64,000 nucleotides of DNA from Lepidodermella squamata (Eukaryota > Animalia > Gastrotricha), in NCBI GenBank assembly GCA_047495785.1, contig JBLDXI010000028.1, forward strand, positions 558,001 through 622,000. The letters run 5' to 3'. Positions 12,408 to 24,158 of the stretch are shown one piece after another; position 1 is the stretch's first letter, and each line of letters begins with the position of its first letter. Position numbers and translations under genes: made by a program. Under the pieces are notes generated by a model. The model did no database searches. It was given only the letters and a program-made list of their open reading frames with translations, and had not been told where the DNA came from.

Positions 12408-15400
12408 GCTGACCATACCCGAACTTTGTCCTAATTTATGGAGCAATAAGTATCAGAAAGACGAAAAAACTAAAAACCTCCGTTCTATCCGTAGTGAAAT
12501 CAATATATTTATTTACAATAACTCAAAGGATTCAGGATACAGACTTTTCATGGTGACGTCAAAATATGTATAAGCGATGGCTCTAATAGTATATTTTTTA
12601 ACGAGAGATGAATGCGATAACGTTTAACGCGATGAGCACGATAGCACCCCATCATTCATAGTCAGTCAACATTAGTGAACGCGGTTGTAGCGGAGTTGAA
12701 TTCATCAGCCCATTAAACCGGAGATAACAAGCCATTGATCCAATCGAGAACGGTGCAGACACGAGCGACGACGGAGGGGCGGCGAGTTGGAGTGTCCATC
12801 CAGTAGCTCATGATGCCGTCGAGCACAAAGTAGCCGGCCTTGGCGCACAGGAACCCAGTGCCGTCGTCGCCATGGCCCGCCCGCACACCGTAGCCCGTTT
12901 GGACGAAGCCGACGCAGTAAAAATCGTTGTCGAATGCCGAGTCGGTCGCTTGGTAGCCGTCAGCTGTCAACATGCGCTTGCAGACTTCTTTTGGCACCAC
13001 AGGAATCGCGGCTTTTGTGACAGTTGGCGGCAAGAAGTCCCACTTACCCGGCGAGACTGTGTAATAAAAATATGAGAGCAAGGCATGATTTTTCAAGGCA
13101 CAAAATGAGCGAGAAACTCACCGTAGGTTTGAACACCCAAACCAGCAAAAAATTCGAAGTTACCTGGCTGGCAAGTTTCATCACACGACGACGGCAGGCA
13201 AACGGGCTGAATTGCCCACGAGTTGAATTTAACAGGGGCTAAAAAGAATAGAATACGCGTCAGAATTCGCTGAGGCAAAAGTTGTTCAAAAGATAATAAA
13301 CCGTGGATCCGACTCACTTTCCAGCTCTACCATGCAGAAATCTCCAGCCATTATAGCATCATTAAATGTAGCGTTGGCCGCGGGCAACTTGAAAGCGGGA
13401 TGGATTTGAAAGCTGGCGGCGCGAGAACTGGCTGCGTATGTATTCGGCGGCGGAATTGCCTTGCTACCGGCCGGAAGTGGCTGCTGCCAGCCTGTTTGAG
13501 TCACACCAAAGTAGACGTTGACTTGCGCGTTGGCGTCGCCGTTTCTCCACATGTGGCAGCACCAGCCCTCAGTTAGCACCCATCCCTCGCTGATCACCGT
13601 GCCCATGCACATCTGCGGTTGCTTATTTGTGATCAGAGCCGCCAGCCATGGGAATTCGTCAGCCTGCGCGGCGCTACCACCTATGACCCGCAGATTGGGC
13701 GGCTGCTCGCCGGCGTTCCAGTTCACGTTGTGGCCACACGCACCTTTTGGGCTAGGTTGCGCCGGAATGAGGGAGTAATTCGGCAAATCCAGCCTTTGTG
13801 GGATGAGACCAGCGATGCGCATCGCAGCGTGGCCCGACCAGTGGGCCAGAACATCATTCCTAGTGAGAGCGTGCTGGCAGATCAGCACTTCGTCAATATA
13901 GCCCTTGAAGTTACCCCAGGATTCGTCGCGACCGATCGTGTACGGGAATCGGCCAGGCTTAACGGGGCCCGTTATCCTTCTTGTAATGACCTCCGCCTGG
14001 CAAAAGAAATTGGATAAAATCAAATGAATATTCAGGGTCCGCCTTACGTTGTCGTTGTAAACCGTGACACCTGAATTAGGGCCTCTGCTATTGTAAACGA
14101 CGCAGATCTGGGTAAACCCTCCGTAGTTGGCGCGAGGATTCGCTTGTACTGTGTGCAGGAACGCAGCGCTGCCTGCCTGAAGCCGAATGACCGCCGTAGT
14201 GCTAGAACTCCCCGACTGACCGGCAGTAAACGAGAATTCTGTTGAACCCTTTGCCCTGAGATTGCTCAGAATACCACCGGGTGTGCATTTAGACGGATCG
14301 GCGCATCTGCGAAATTCAGTGAACAACAGCTGATTAGGTAACTATTTTCGGGGTATGTATCTGCTACATTAATAACTCTGAGAATAAAAGGCTCGGATTT
14401 CATTGTGAGATTTGTTAGAAAATGAAATGAAATGTTAGAAAATAGCAAATTCGAAATTTTCCAGATATCCCAGGTATTTCATTAAATCTAAAAATACCCT
14501 AAATGTACAATATATGTTAAAATACAAATAAAATAAAATATATCGAATTCAGCGAAATAAAAACGAATGCCAATGATTTTCTTATAACGTTCGACGAGGC
14601 GAATTCTTTTGAATTTTCTTTCCTTCATCGAAAATATCAAAAATTGTAACAAAAATTGCTCTCGCGACAAATTTTCGAAAAATTTAGTGCACGAGAATAC
14701 CTAATTACATTTTACATTTTATTAAGGAAGCTGCTATAGCCTAATTTAAATTTTGCATGGTCAATACTTACCTGTAGAAAAAGCAGTAGGACACGTCGTT
14801 GGCTGGCGCGAATCCGTACAAACCGGGAATTGCGATAAAGCCACCATCGACAGCGAGCGCGCCTTTGCCTGCAGCGACGTATTCGCTTGTTATTTCGACC
14901 TTACCGCGAGCTTGCGGTACAAATCCCGAGTTCGACAAGTCACTGAAGTCATCTTCAAATGGCAGCCAGAGATGGCATTGACGGTTCGGGGCAGCCGTAT
15001 CCGGAGGCAAGTTGTAGTAGTAGCCATCGGCGTCAACATACGCACCCTGGTTCGGCGGCGGCTGGTTTGGCGGCGGCTGTGCATGGATCTTTTCTGGGTC
15101 AACGGCGCCAACGACCGGTGGCTGGGCGTTGTTTCCATTTTCGGCTTTCACTTCAGGCCCGATCACAATTTTGGTGTTGGGGTCGTAGCGCTCGAAACTA
15201 CAGCGACATTTGTCAAAGTAGAAGCGCAAAGAAGACGGGCAGCTGTGGTTGTAAGCCTCGTTGTTAGGGCCGAACGTCTGAAAGAAGTTCGCCCCGTTCA
15301 CAACAGCTGCATGAAGCACGCCGAAAGAGTCGATGCAATACGTTGAGTTGACGATGATCGGCGGCGGCGTGGTTTTCGCGGTAGCGTTTGCTGCTCCTGC

Positions 15401-15929
15401 GTGGTTTAGTGAGGCGTTCGAGGCACCTTGATCGCTGTTTGGCGGTTTGCACAGGGCTCCTTCTGCCACGCATGCTGAAACATCTTCATCGAAGAATGTG
15501 CCTTCAGAACAGCGCTGCCTGATACCCGTCGCCGTGCCGTCGGTGTTGAAAAAGCATGAAAAGTAGAAGTGACAGTCGTCCGGATCGCCGTACACGTCGT
15601 AGGTTGCTATCCAGGAACCGCGACTGAAGCAGAATTCGTTCGGATCGCGGGTTGGTGCGGCGCAGCCCACAGCTAAAATTGCGCCGAATAAGATTGCTTG
15701 AATCGCCATCATTGTTGATACTTGATATAAGATGATATAAGAAGGTATAAGATGCTTGATGCTTGACTTTCAGCTCGGCCGCCGGCTCTTTTAAAGCGTT
15801 CACTCGGGTCTTCACGTAACAATTATTTGCTAATTAATTAACACTTGGTCGCGTGTGAAACGAGCAGCGCACTGGTGCCACTAATTACAACGCACCTTAT
15901 CGTTGAACTGATCACTGACCACAGCTAAT
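12408..15929. repeat. Left arm of 3.5 kb inverted duplication
   Basis: Reverse complement of 18497-22033. The ORF translations are identical except for one 15 bp PPPNQ unit. Confidence 0.97.
12713..15712 (-). CDS. Secreted chitin-binding (CBM14-like x2) + LamG/concanavalin-like + inactive trypsin-like protein, copy A
   Basis: Signal peptide; DPDDCHFYFSC...CSEGTFFDEDVSACV; LWLPFEDDFSD...FKGYIDEV (LamG-like); RVIGG..A...EFPW, VLTEGWC, GDDGTG and VARVCTVLDWI. Multi-exon. Confidence 0.88.
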
Positions 15930-16064
15930 TAATTGCTAATGTTACGTAACAGATGCTAGGCCCGGCACTGAGAATGCACCTAATCCACAAGCTTCTGTTT
16001 GGCAGTTTTTTTCAAATTCCTAATGCGTACCAGCAATTACACGATTTTACTTGTTTATTTTACA

Positions 16065-16572
16065 ATGTTCCGTGTTTTCACTTTTCTCGCTTCGTTTACG
16101 CTTTTCCTGGGTTTTATCGAGCTGTCAGGTAGAAAATAGCTTACACTGGCCCTAACGATTTTGCATTTGTCTCTTCTACTAGATGCTGTTTCCTGCTATC
16201 GATGCCAAGGCTTTGAAGACGACTGTTCCACTTCCAACAACGTGGTAAATTGCGGTGCACTGCCGTTGTGCATTGTGAGTTACCAGTGTGATACATGACC
16301 AAACCTTCGCCTACATGTTTGATTTCCAGTTGTCAATAGAGCCTACGAAAGGCCAGATTTTACAGGAGTGTGCTCGATCCGAAGATTGTCAAAGAAACAG
16401 CCGAACGGGCCAAGTCGTGTGCTGTGACAAAGATCGTTGCAACTGTTTTGGCAAGCAGTGCCCGATAATCGGGGGCGCAGCGGCAGCCAGCCCATCGACG
16501 GCACTTGTATGGTCTCTCATCGCCGGAGCGTTCGCTCTCGGTACGGCTCTCATCTGCTACGAAAATCGCTAA
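16065..16572 (+). CDS. Ly6/uPAR three-finger (quiver/sleepless-like) GPI-anchored protein, 3 exons
   Basis: Signal exon MFRVFTFLASF..., then SCYRCQG...C...C...C and CCDKDRCN, ending in a hydrophobic GPI-type tail. Introns ~16128-16182 and ~16275-16329. Confidence 0.85.
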
Positions 16573-16984
16573 TGGCTAGGTCACTATGTCACACTGTTGT
16601 CAATTGTGCTCGAATCTGCATGCCTTTTCAAATGACTGTCTGTAATATATAATTTGAAGCATCTTGTATATACGTTGAACGTTACGCATAACCTATCTCC
16701 TGATATATGTTTTAATAAAATGTATGACAACAAAACAGCCTCTTTTTATTTCGGTACCGAACAGTGATGAGGAGAGGGCATTCCAGATAATCTCGTTTTA
16801 GCTGTGGTAGTTATGTAACCATGTGGATAGCATTATCTTTACCATGATCGCAGAAACTATAGGTGAGCTTCGACATTTTGCTGAGAGGTTTAGCATTTCC
16901 CTCCCCTGAAAAAGGAAAAAGATGATATCCAATCTACTTTCCTCGAATTCGCAACATAATATGACTGCAGCAATAATAATCATT

Positions 16985-18331
16985 GGGTGTGCCAACTGCA
17001 CCTACTAAAAATAAGGTTCCAGCACTAAATTTAAGGTTCCAGCACTAAATTTGAAAGTCACTCCCACTAATCCTATTCAACACTAAATAAGCAACTCTAA
17101 CACTAAATATACAAAGCCACCACCTAATTCGTGGATAGGAATGCCATCATGCCGCACTAGCGAGGCCGCTGGAGAGCAGTTACTTCGAGGATTTGCCAAT
17201 CGACCTGGGCCCTATTCCCTATCCCGAATACCCAATCAATCAACCATAAACACTTGCTTTTTCACACTTTGACACTGCGCAGATTTGGTGGTAATGTCCG
17301 CCGCTAATCGCAAGCAGGGTCACAAGTCAGGCATCACTTGTAGGTCAAAGGTCAAAAGTTTTCTAGGCCGTAAAAAATGTGCGCATATGCAAATAAGGCA
17401 GGATGTTGAAATTTAAGTTACGTTGGGAGGGCCTCTTTCAGGATGGACGCATTGTTAGTTTACCTTAGTCATGGGCAAATACTATTTAATTCTTTGCTAG
17501 ACGCTGTAGGGGCTACTTTGATTTGCCCGACCGGCGCGGCTCTGAGCCAAATTCCCCAGTAACTTAGGGGGATTCTTTGCTACTACAGCCACTCACCTCC
17601 TGCTAAAACGAGACGTGGCAAACCATTTCAGTCCTATCTCTACCCTATGCATTTCAAAAGGTGAAAGGTGACTGTGAAAGCGACTATTGCGCAACACCTT
17701 CAAATAAAGACTGCGATGATAGAGATTGCCACGTCTCAGTTAGCTATAATTACTCTTGAAGCTGATAAGTTTCAAAGTTTCGGGTAAAGCCCACTCAGGG
17801 CCCACTGTGATGGTCCCGCGTAAAAATCCAATGGTGGCGTTCCGTAGCAGAGTTGTAGGCAGTGAGCAACTTAACAATTCCCAATCGAAAGAGTGTGCCA
17901 TAAAGTGATGCTAATCTCAACATCATGGCTCATTTGCATAATATGAATTATTTTTAAATCCGTGTTTCTCTTAAAATTATACAAGCGAGCCTAAAATCGC
18001 GTGTGCATCATATCCTAATCCTAACTCCTTAACATTTCTCGGAACCGTAAACCCATGCCTACCTCCAGCACTATAAAAGTGGCTTGAGCTGCCGGTAATA
18101 CGGAATACGGTGAAAACCTAGTCATGCATCGTTTGAGGGCGCGTGGTTGAGAATGCCTGAGAGCCTCGCCTGGGCTTAACAGCAGTAATAGGCACTGAAT
18201 GCTGATATTTAGTGCTGGAACTCATATTTAGGTGCCCAAATGATTTAGTGCGAGCTGTTTACAAATTAGGTAAACGCACTCTCAAATTTAGTGCTGGAAC
18301 CTCATTTTAGGTGGTGCACTTATTTAGACCC
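16985..18331. mobile_element. Non-autonomous MULE-type DNA transposon, 1347 bp, copy 1
   Basis: GGG...CCC ends, imperfect TIR (gttccagcactaaattt / aaatttagtgctggaac) and 9 bp TSD ataatcatt on both sides. No ORF >=60 aa inside. Confidence 0.92.
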
Positions 18332-18496
18332 ATAATCATTGTGTGGAAACGTGCATCTTTTATAATTTTTCTACCAAAAACCGTTCCTTTTCAGGAATTC
18401 AGGGCAGCTAAAAGCAGCAGCAGTTACAATTAATTAATTGATATTTTATTTTTAGCTCCGAGCGAGGCAACAGAAAAAAATGTGACTGATCAGTTC

Positions 18497-21400
18497 ATTA
18501 GCTGTGGTCAGTGATCAGTTCAACGATAAGGTGCGTTGTAATTAGTGGCACCAGTGCGCTGCTCGTTTCACACGCGACCAAGTGTTAATTAATTAGCAAA
18601 TAATTGTTACGTGAAGACCCGAGTGAACGCTTTAAAAGAGCCGGCGGCCGAGCTGAAAGTCAAGCATCAAGCATCTTATACCTTCTTATATCATCTTATA
18701 TCAAGTATCAACAATGATGGCGATTCAAGCAATCTTATTCGGCGCAATTTTAGCTGTGGGCTGCGCCGCACCAACCCGCGATCCGAACGAATTCTGCTTC
18801 AGTCGCGGTTCCTGGATAGCAACCTACGACGTGTACGGCGATCCGGACGACTGTCACTTCTACTTTTCATGCTTTTTCAACACCGACGGCACGGCGACGG
18901 GTATCAGGCAGCGCTGTTCTGAAGGCACATTCTTCGATGAAGATGTTTCAGCATGCGTGGCAGAAGGAGCCCTGTGCAAACCGCCAAACAGCGATCAAGG
19001 TGCCTCGAACGCCTCACTAAACCACGCAGGAGCAGCAAACGCTACCGCGAAAACCACGCCGCCGCCGATCATCGTCAACTCAACGTATTGCATCGACTCT
19101 TTCGGCGTGCTTCATGCAGCTGTTGTGAACGGGGCGAACTTCTTTCAGACGTTCGGCCCTAACAACGAGGCTTACAACCACAGCTGCCCGTCTTCTTTGC
19201 GCTTCTACTTTGACAAATGTCGCTGTAGTTTCGAGCGCTACGACCCCAACACCAAAATTGTGATCGGGCCTGAAGTGAAAGCCGAAAATGGAAACAACGC
19301 CCAGCCACCGGTCGTTGGCGCCGTTGACCCAGAAAAGATCCATGCACAGCCGCCGCCAAACCAGCCGCCGCCAAACCAGCCGCCGCCGAACCAGGGTGCG
19401 TATGTTGACGCCGATGGCTACTACTACAACTTGCCTCCGGATACGGCTGCCCCGAACCGTCAATGCCATCTCTGGCTGCCATTTGAAGATGACTTCAGTG
19501 ACTTGTCGAACTCGGGATTTGTACCGCAAGCTCGCGGTAAGGTCGAAATAACAAGCGAATACGTCGCTGCAGGCAAAGGCGCGCTCGCTGTCGATGGTGG
19601 CTTTATCGCAATTCCCGGTTTGTACGGATTCGCGCCAGCCAACGACGTGTCCTACTGCTTTTTCTACAGGTAAGTATTGACCATGCAAAATTTAAATTAG
19701 GCTATAGCAGCTTCCTTAATAAAATGTAAAATGTAATTAGGTATTCTCGTGCACTAAATTTTTCGAAAATTTGTCGCGAGAGCAATTTTTGTTACAATTT
19801 TTGATATTTTCGATGAAGGAAAGAAAATTCAAAAGAATTCGCCTCGTCGAACGTTATAAGAAAATCATTGGCATTCGTTTTTATTTCGCTGAATTCGATA
19901 TATTTTATTTTATTTGTATTTTAACATATATTGTACATTTAGGGTATTTTTAGATTTAATGAAATACCTGGGATATCTGGAAAATTTCGAATTTGCTATT
20001 TTCTAACATTTCATTTCATTTTCTAACAAATCTCACAATGAAATCCGAGCCTTTTATTCTCAGAGTTATTAATGTAGCAGATACATACCCCGAAAATAGT
20101 TACCTAATCAGCTGTTGTTCACTGAATTTCGCAGATGCGCCGATCCGTCTAAATGCACACCCGGTGGTATTCTGAGCAATCTCAGGGCAAAGGGTTCAAC
20201 AGAATTCTCGTTTACTGCCGGTCAGTCGGGGAGTTCTAGCACTACGGCGGTCATTCGGCTTCAGGCAGGCAGCGCTGCGTTCCTGCACACAGTACAAGCG
20301 AATCCTCGCGCCAACTACGGAGGGTTTACCCAGATCTGCGTCGTTTACAATAGCAGAGGCCCTAATTCAGGTGTCACGGTTTACAACGACAACGTAAGGC
20401 GGACCCTGAATATTCATTTGATTTTATCCAATTTCTTTTGCCAGGCGGAGGTCATTACAAGAAGGATAACGGGCCCCGTTAAGCCTGGCCGATTCCCGTA
20501 CACGATCGGTCGCGACGAATCCTGGGGTAACTTCAAGGGCTATATTGACGAAGTGCTGATCTGCCAGCACGCTCTCACTAGGAATGATGTTCTGGCCCAC
20601 TGGTCGGGCCACGCTGCGATGCGCATCGCTGGTCTCATCCCACAAAGGCTGGATTTGCCGAATTACTCCCTCATTCCGGCGCAACCTAGCCCAAAAGGTG
20701 CGTGTGGCCACAACGTGAACTGGAACGCCGGCGAGCAGCCGCCCAATCTGCGGGTCATAGGTGGTAGCGCCGCGCAGGCTGACGAATTCCCATGGCTGGC
20801 GGCTCTGATCACAAATAAGCAACCGCAGATGTGCATGGGCACGGTGATCAGCGAGGGATGGGTGCTAACTGAGGGCTGGTGCTGCCACATGTGGAGAAAC
20901 GGCGACGCCAACGCGCAAGTCAACGTCTACTTTGGTGTGACTCAAACAGGCTGGCAGCAGCCACTTCCGGCCGGTAGCAAGGCAATTCCGCCGCCGAATA
21001 CATACGCAGCCAGTTCTCGCGCCGCCAGCTTTCAAATCCATCCCGCTTTCAAGTTGCCCGCGGCCAACGCTACATTTAATGATGCTATAATGGCTGGAGA
21101 TTTCTGCATGGTAGAGCTGGAAAGTGAGTCGGATCCACGGTTTATTATCTTTTGAACAACTTTTGCCTCAGCGAATTCTGACGCGTATTCTATTCTTTTT
21201 AGCCCCTGTTAAATTCAACTCGTGGGCAATTCAGCCCGTTTGCCTGCCGTCGTCGTGTGATGAAACTTGCCAGCCAGGTAACTTCGAATTTTTTGCTGGT
21301 TTGGGTGTTCAAACCTACGGTGAGTTTCTCGCTCATTTTGTGCCTTGAAAAATCATGCCTTGCTCTCATATTTTTATTACACAGTCTCGCCGGGTAAGTG

Positions 21401-22033
21401 GGACTTCTTGCCGCCAACTGTCACAAAAGCCGCGATTCCTGTGGTGCCAAAAGAAGTCTGCAAGCGCATGTTGACAGCTGACGGCTACCAAGCGACCGAC
21501 TCGGCATTCGACAACGATTTTTACTGCGTCGGCTTCGTCCAAACGGGCTACGGTGTGCGGGCGGGCCATGGCGACGACGGCACTGGGTTCCTGTGCGCCA
21601 AGGCCGGCTACTTTGTGCTCGACGGCATCATGAGCTACTGGATGGACACTCCAACTCGCCGCCCCTCCGTCGTCGCTCGTGTCTGCACCGTTCTCGATTG
21701 GATCAATGGCTTGTTATCTCCGGTTTAATGGGCTGATGAATTCAACTCCGCTACAACCGCGTTCACTAATGTTGACTGACTATGAATGATGGGGTGCTAT
21801 CGTGCTCATCGCGTTAAACGTTATCGCATTCATCTCTCGTTAAAAAATATACTATTAGAGCCATCGCTTATACATATTTTGACGTCACCATGAAAAGTCT
21901 GTATCCTGAATCCTTTGAGTTATTGTAAATAAATATATTGATTTCACTACGGATAGAACGGAGGTTTTTAGTTTTTTCGTCTTTCTGATACTTATTGCTC
22001 CATAAATTAGGACAAAGTTCGGGTATGGTCAGC
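18497..22033. repeat. Right arm of 3.5 kb inverted duplication
   Basis: 3537 bp, equal to the 3522 bp left arm plus a 15 bp repeat expansion. Confidence 0.97.
18714..21728 (+). CDS. Secreted chitin-binding + LamG-like + inactive trypsin-like protein, copy B
   Basis: Same as copy A with one extra PPPNQ. Donor sites at ~19670, ~20394, ~21124 and ~21320. Confidence 0.88.
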
Positions 22034-22859
22034 CCAAACCCAGAGGACGGGTCGCTGATGTTAGTTGGTCTCTATCCGTCGGCCTCTCCGCATCGGTTGA
22101 ACCATCGGCACAGCCCTTCGGGTCGTCGAGACGAAGCCCCCAAACCGCGGCAAGGTATCAGCAATGGGGGAATGAATTTATCTATGGCAACTAATAATTT
22201 CTCTATGACATGAAACTGCCACAAATTTGGGCAGCATTTTGCTCAGAATTAGCCTCAAAACCCCCATAAAACGTATTTTCTCGAGAATCGTAGGAAAGTC
22301 ACAGAAAGAGCGAAAACCTCAATTTTACTTGAAAGCAATTTCACGTGCAAAAACAAAAATGTGACAAAATGAGGCAAATCGAGGTCGTCGAAATCTCTTG
22401 CTGGTAGCTGTCGCAATGCAAATTCGGTTTCCTCCTCGAATTCGCGGTTTTGAGCAGCAACGGAAATACAGCGACTAGCCATAGCAACGTTAGAGGCGAC
22501 AATGACTGGTTTCTCGGCGAATCTTCGACCGGCAAAATTGACCCAAATCTATGGATTAATTTCCGCCGCGACATTTTGCAGCCATTTTGCAGCGAGCGGA
22601 AGGCTTCTATTATTGCCAGCCTTCAGTCAGTCGCGATGTTGATGCATTGATTTCTGTGCGAACCCAGCTGGCTTCTTCGAGGCAAAGATTTGTTCGTTTC
22701 CAGACTCGATCGAACCAAGGCGACGGACGATCTTGGGGCTTGATATCGACGCTCTGTTCCATGAGTAGGTATTGGCCACTGATGCTTCGGCCAGCATGAA
22801 GATTTCGACGACGGATGACGGTTGACCAAAAATCAAGTTGCAAACAAGAAATCGGCGAA

Positions 22860-23492
22860 TGAAAAGTGTTTTTCTTTTTCAAACGAAGATCGGGGGGAAA
22901 TTTCATTTCTCTATGGCCAGCTATAGAATAATCCTTTAGTATTATTGGTGTCATCTTAGCAAAGGCCAGTTTGATCTCAGAAATTGATGAACAACCGCTC
23001 AAAATCATTTTACCGATGTAAAAAAATAATGGCTGAGATATTACGGTTGGGTGGATTAGGAGTAGGTTTATTTTTCGAAAAAACGCGAATGCGCAATCCA
23101 GGAAATAATTCCGGGTGATAAACACAAATTTTTGAAAAATTAACTAATTTGTGATGATCACAAAACATGACGATGTTCGTAAAACATATTCTTTCAAGAT
23201 GGAGTTCACTGTCTATCAGATGAGAAGGTGTATTTTTTAGAAAATTAAAGGCTGATATACAGTCGGTAGCTGTTTCAGTTCCGCTACAAATGATGGCCCC
23301 GATTCCAAAAATTAAAACTGTGGCATTTATTTTCGAAAGTTTATAAAAAAGGGCACTGCTCATTTTCGTGGGTGAATTAAACTTTGAGTCGGGTAAAATA
23401 CGAGCTGATTTCTGTAAATTAAAATTAATGTTGGCTTTAGTTTTGGCCATTATATTAGAAATAGTGTAGTCGATGTCGAAATCCATAGTCAT
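22860..23492 (-). pseudogene. Intronless divergent TATA-box-binding-protein-like gene with a 1 nt frameshift
   Basis: Repeat 1: ISNIMAK...NLQK.A...ATVLIFGIGAIICSG. Repeat 2: FTNIV...YHPELFPGLRIR...AIIF//YIGKMILSG..S..EIKLAFAKMTPII. The frame changes in the T7 run at 23020-23026. Confidence 0.85.
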
Positions 23493-23636
23493 TCCGGTTG
23501 AGGCTAAAGAGGGTTCGAGGAGACACGGGCAATCGGCGTTTGTTGCGTTGGACAAATCGGCCGGATAGGTAAACGAGTAATGAATCCAGTAATGATCATC
23601 ATGAATCATGAATCATGAATGATCAATCATCATGAA

Positions 23637-24158
23637 TCAATGACGAGTAATGCTGCGAGCTTTCACCTGTTGATCGGCGACCACTCGAATGAACGACGAC
23701 AAGCTGCTGTGTTCGAACGCAAGATTCGGCGGGAAAATCATGCCCAATAAAAAAAGGGGTGGTATAGCGGCATTCGATGACCCACTTTTACTGCATTTAC
23801 TCGCGAGTGGCTTTGTGGTTGCTTTGCCTTTCAATTTGTCCGTGCTGGTGACCTTCGGTTTAGTAGTCCTACTACTAGCCTTAGATGAGCGTGAAATCGA
23901 GGACGGCTCATTCACAATCTTGGGCTTTAAATTACGTTTTGGCTGTTTCCGAACAGGCAAATTGTTTTTTAAGGCTATCCTGTACCGGAAGTTCAACGGC
24001 CGGAAGCCCATTAGCTGCTTCACCGCTAGTGATGCGCGCCGATTATTTTTTCTTTAATCGATTAAAATTCGATTTCCACGATAATCGAATCGTGTTAATC
24101 GCGATTAAACCGTCAATCGAATCGCCCGACAAATCAAATCGATTAATCGTGGGCGCTG
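23637..24158 (-). mobile_element. hAT-like transposon end: terminus, gattaatcg subterminal repeats, basic ORF, possible BED-finger remnant
   Basis: The minus strand begins cagcgcccacgattaatcg, with clustered cgatta/taatcg repeats. A K/R-rich ORF follows. W..F...AAC and SITRH pieces occur across frames. Partner end not found. Confidence 0.45.

Noticed and set aside
13518-15346. Antisense and overlapping ORFs within the duplicated gene, LINE and kinesin exons
   Set aside because: These are shadow ORFs of GC-rich coding sequence with no motifs.
23020-23026. Programmed -1 frameshift at U-UUU-UUA
   Set aside because: The -1 frame stops within a few codons; the TBP continuation is in the +1 frame.
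23581-23642. (atgaatc)n tract as the N-terminus of the TBP-like protein
   Set aside because: It is a simple repeat at a junction; TBP similarity starts near MTMDFDIDY (~23492).
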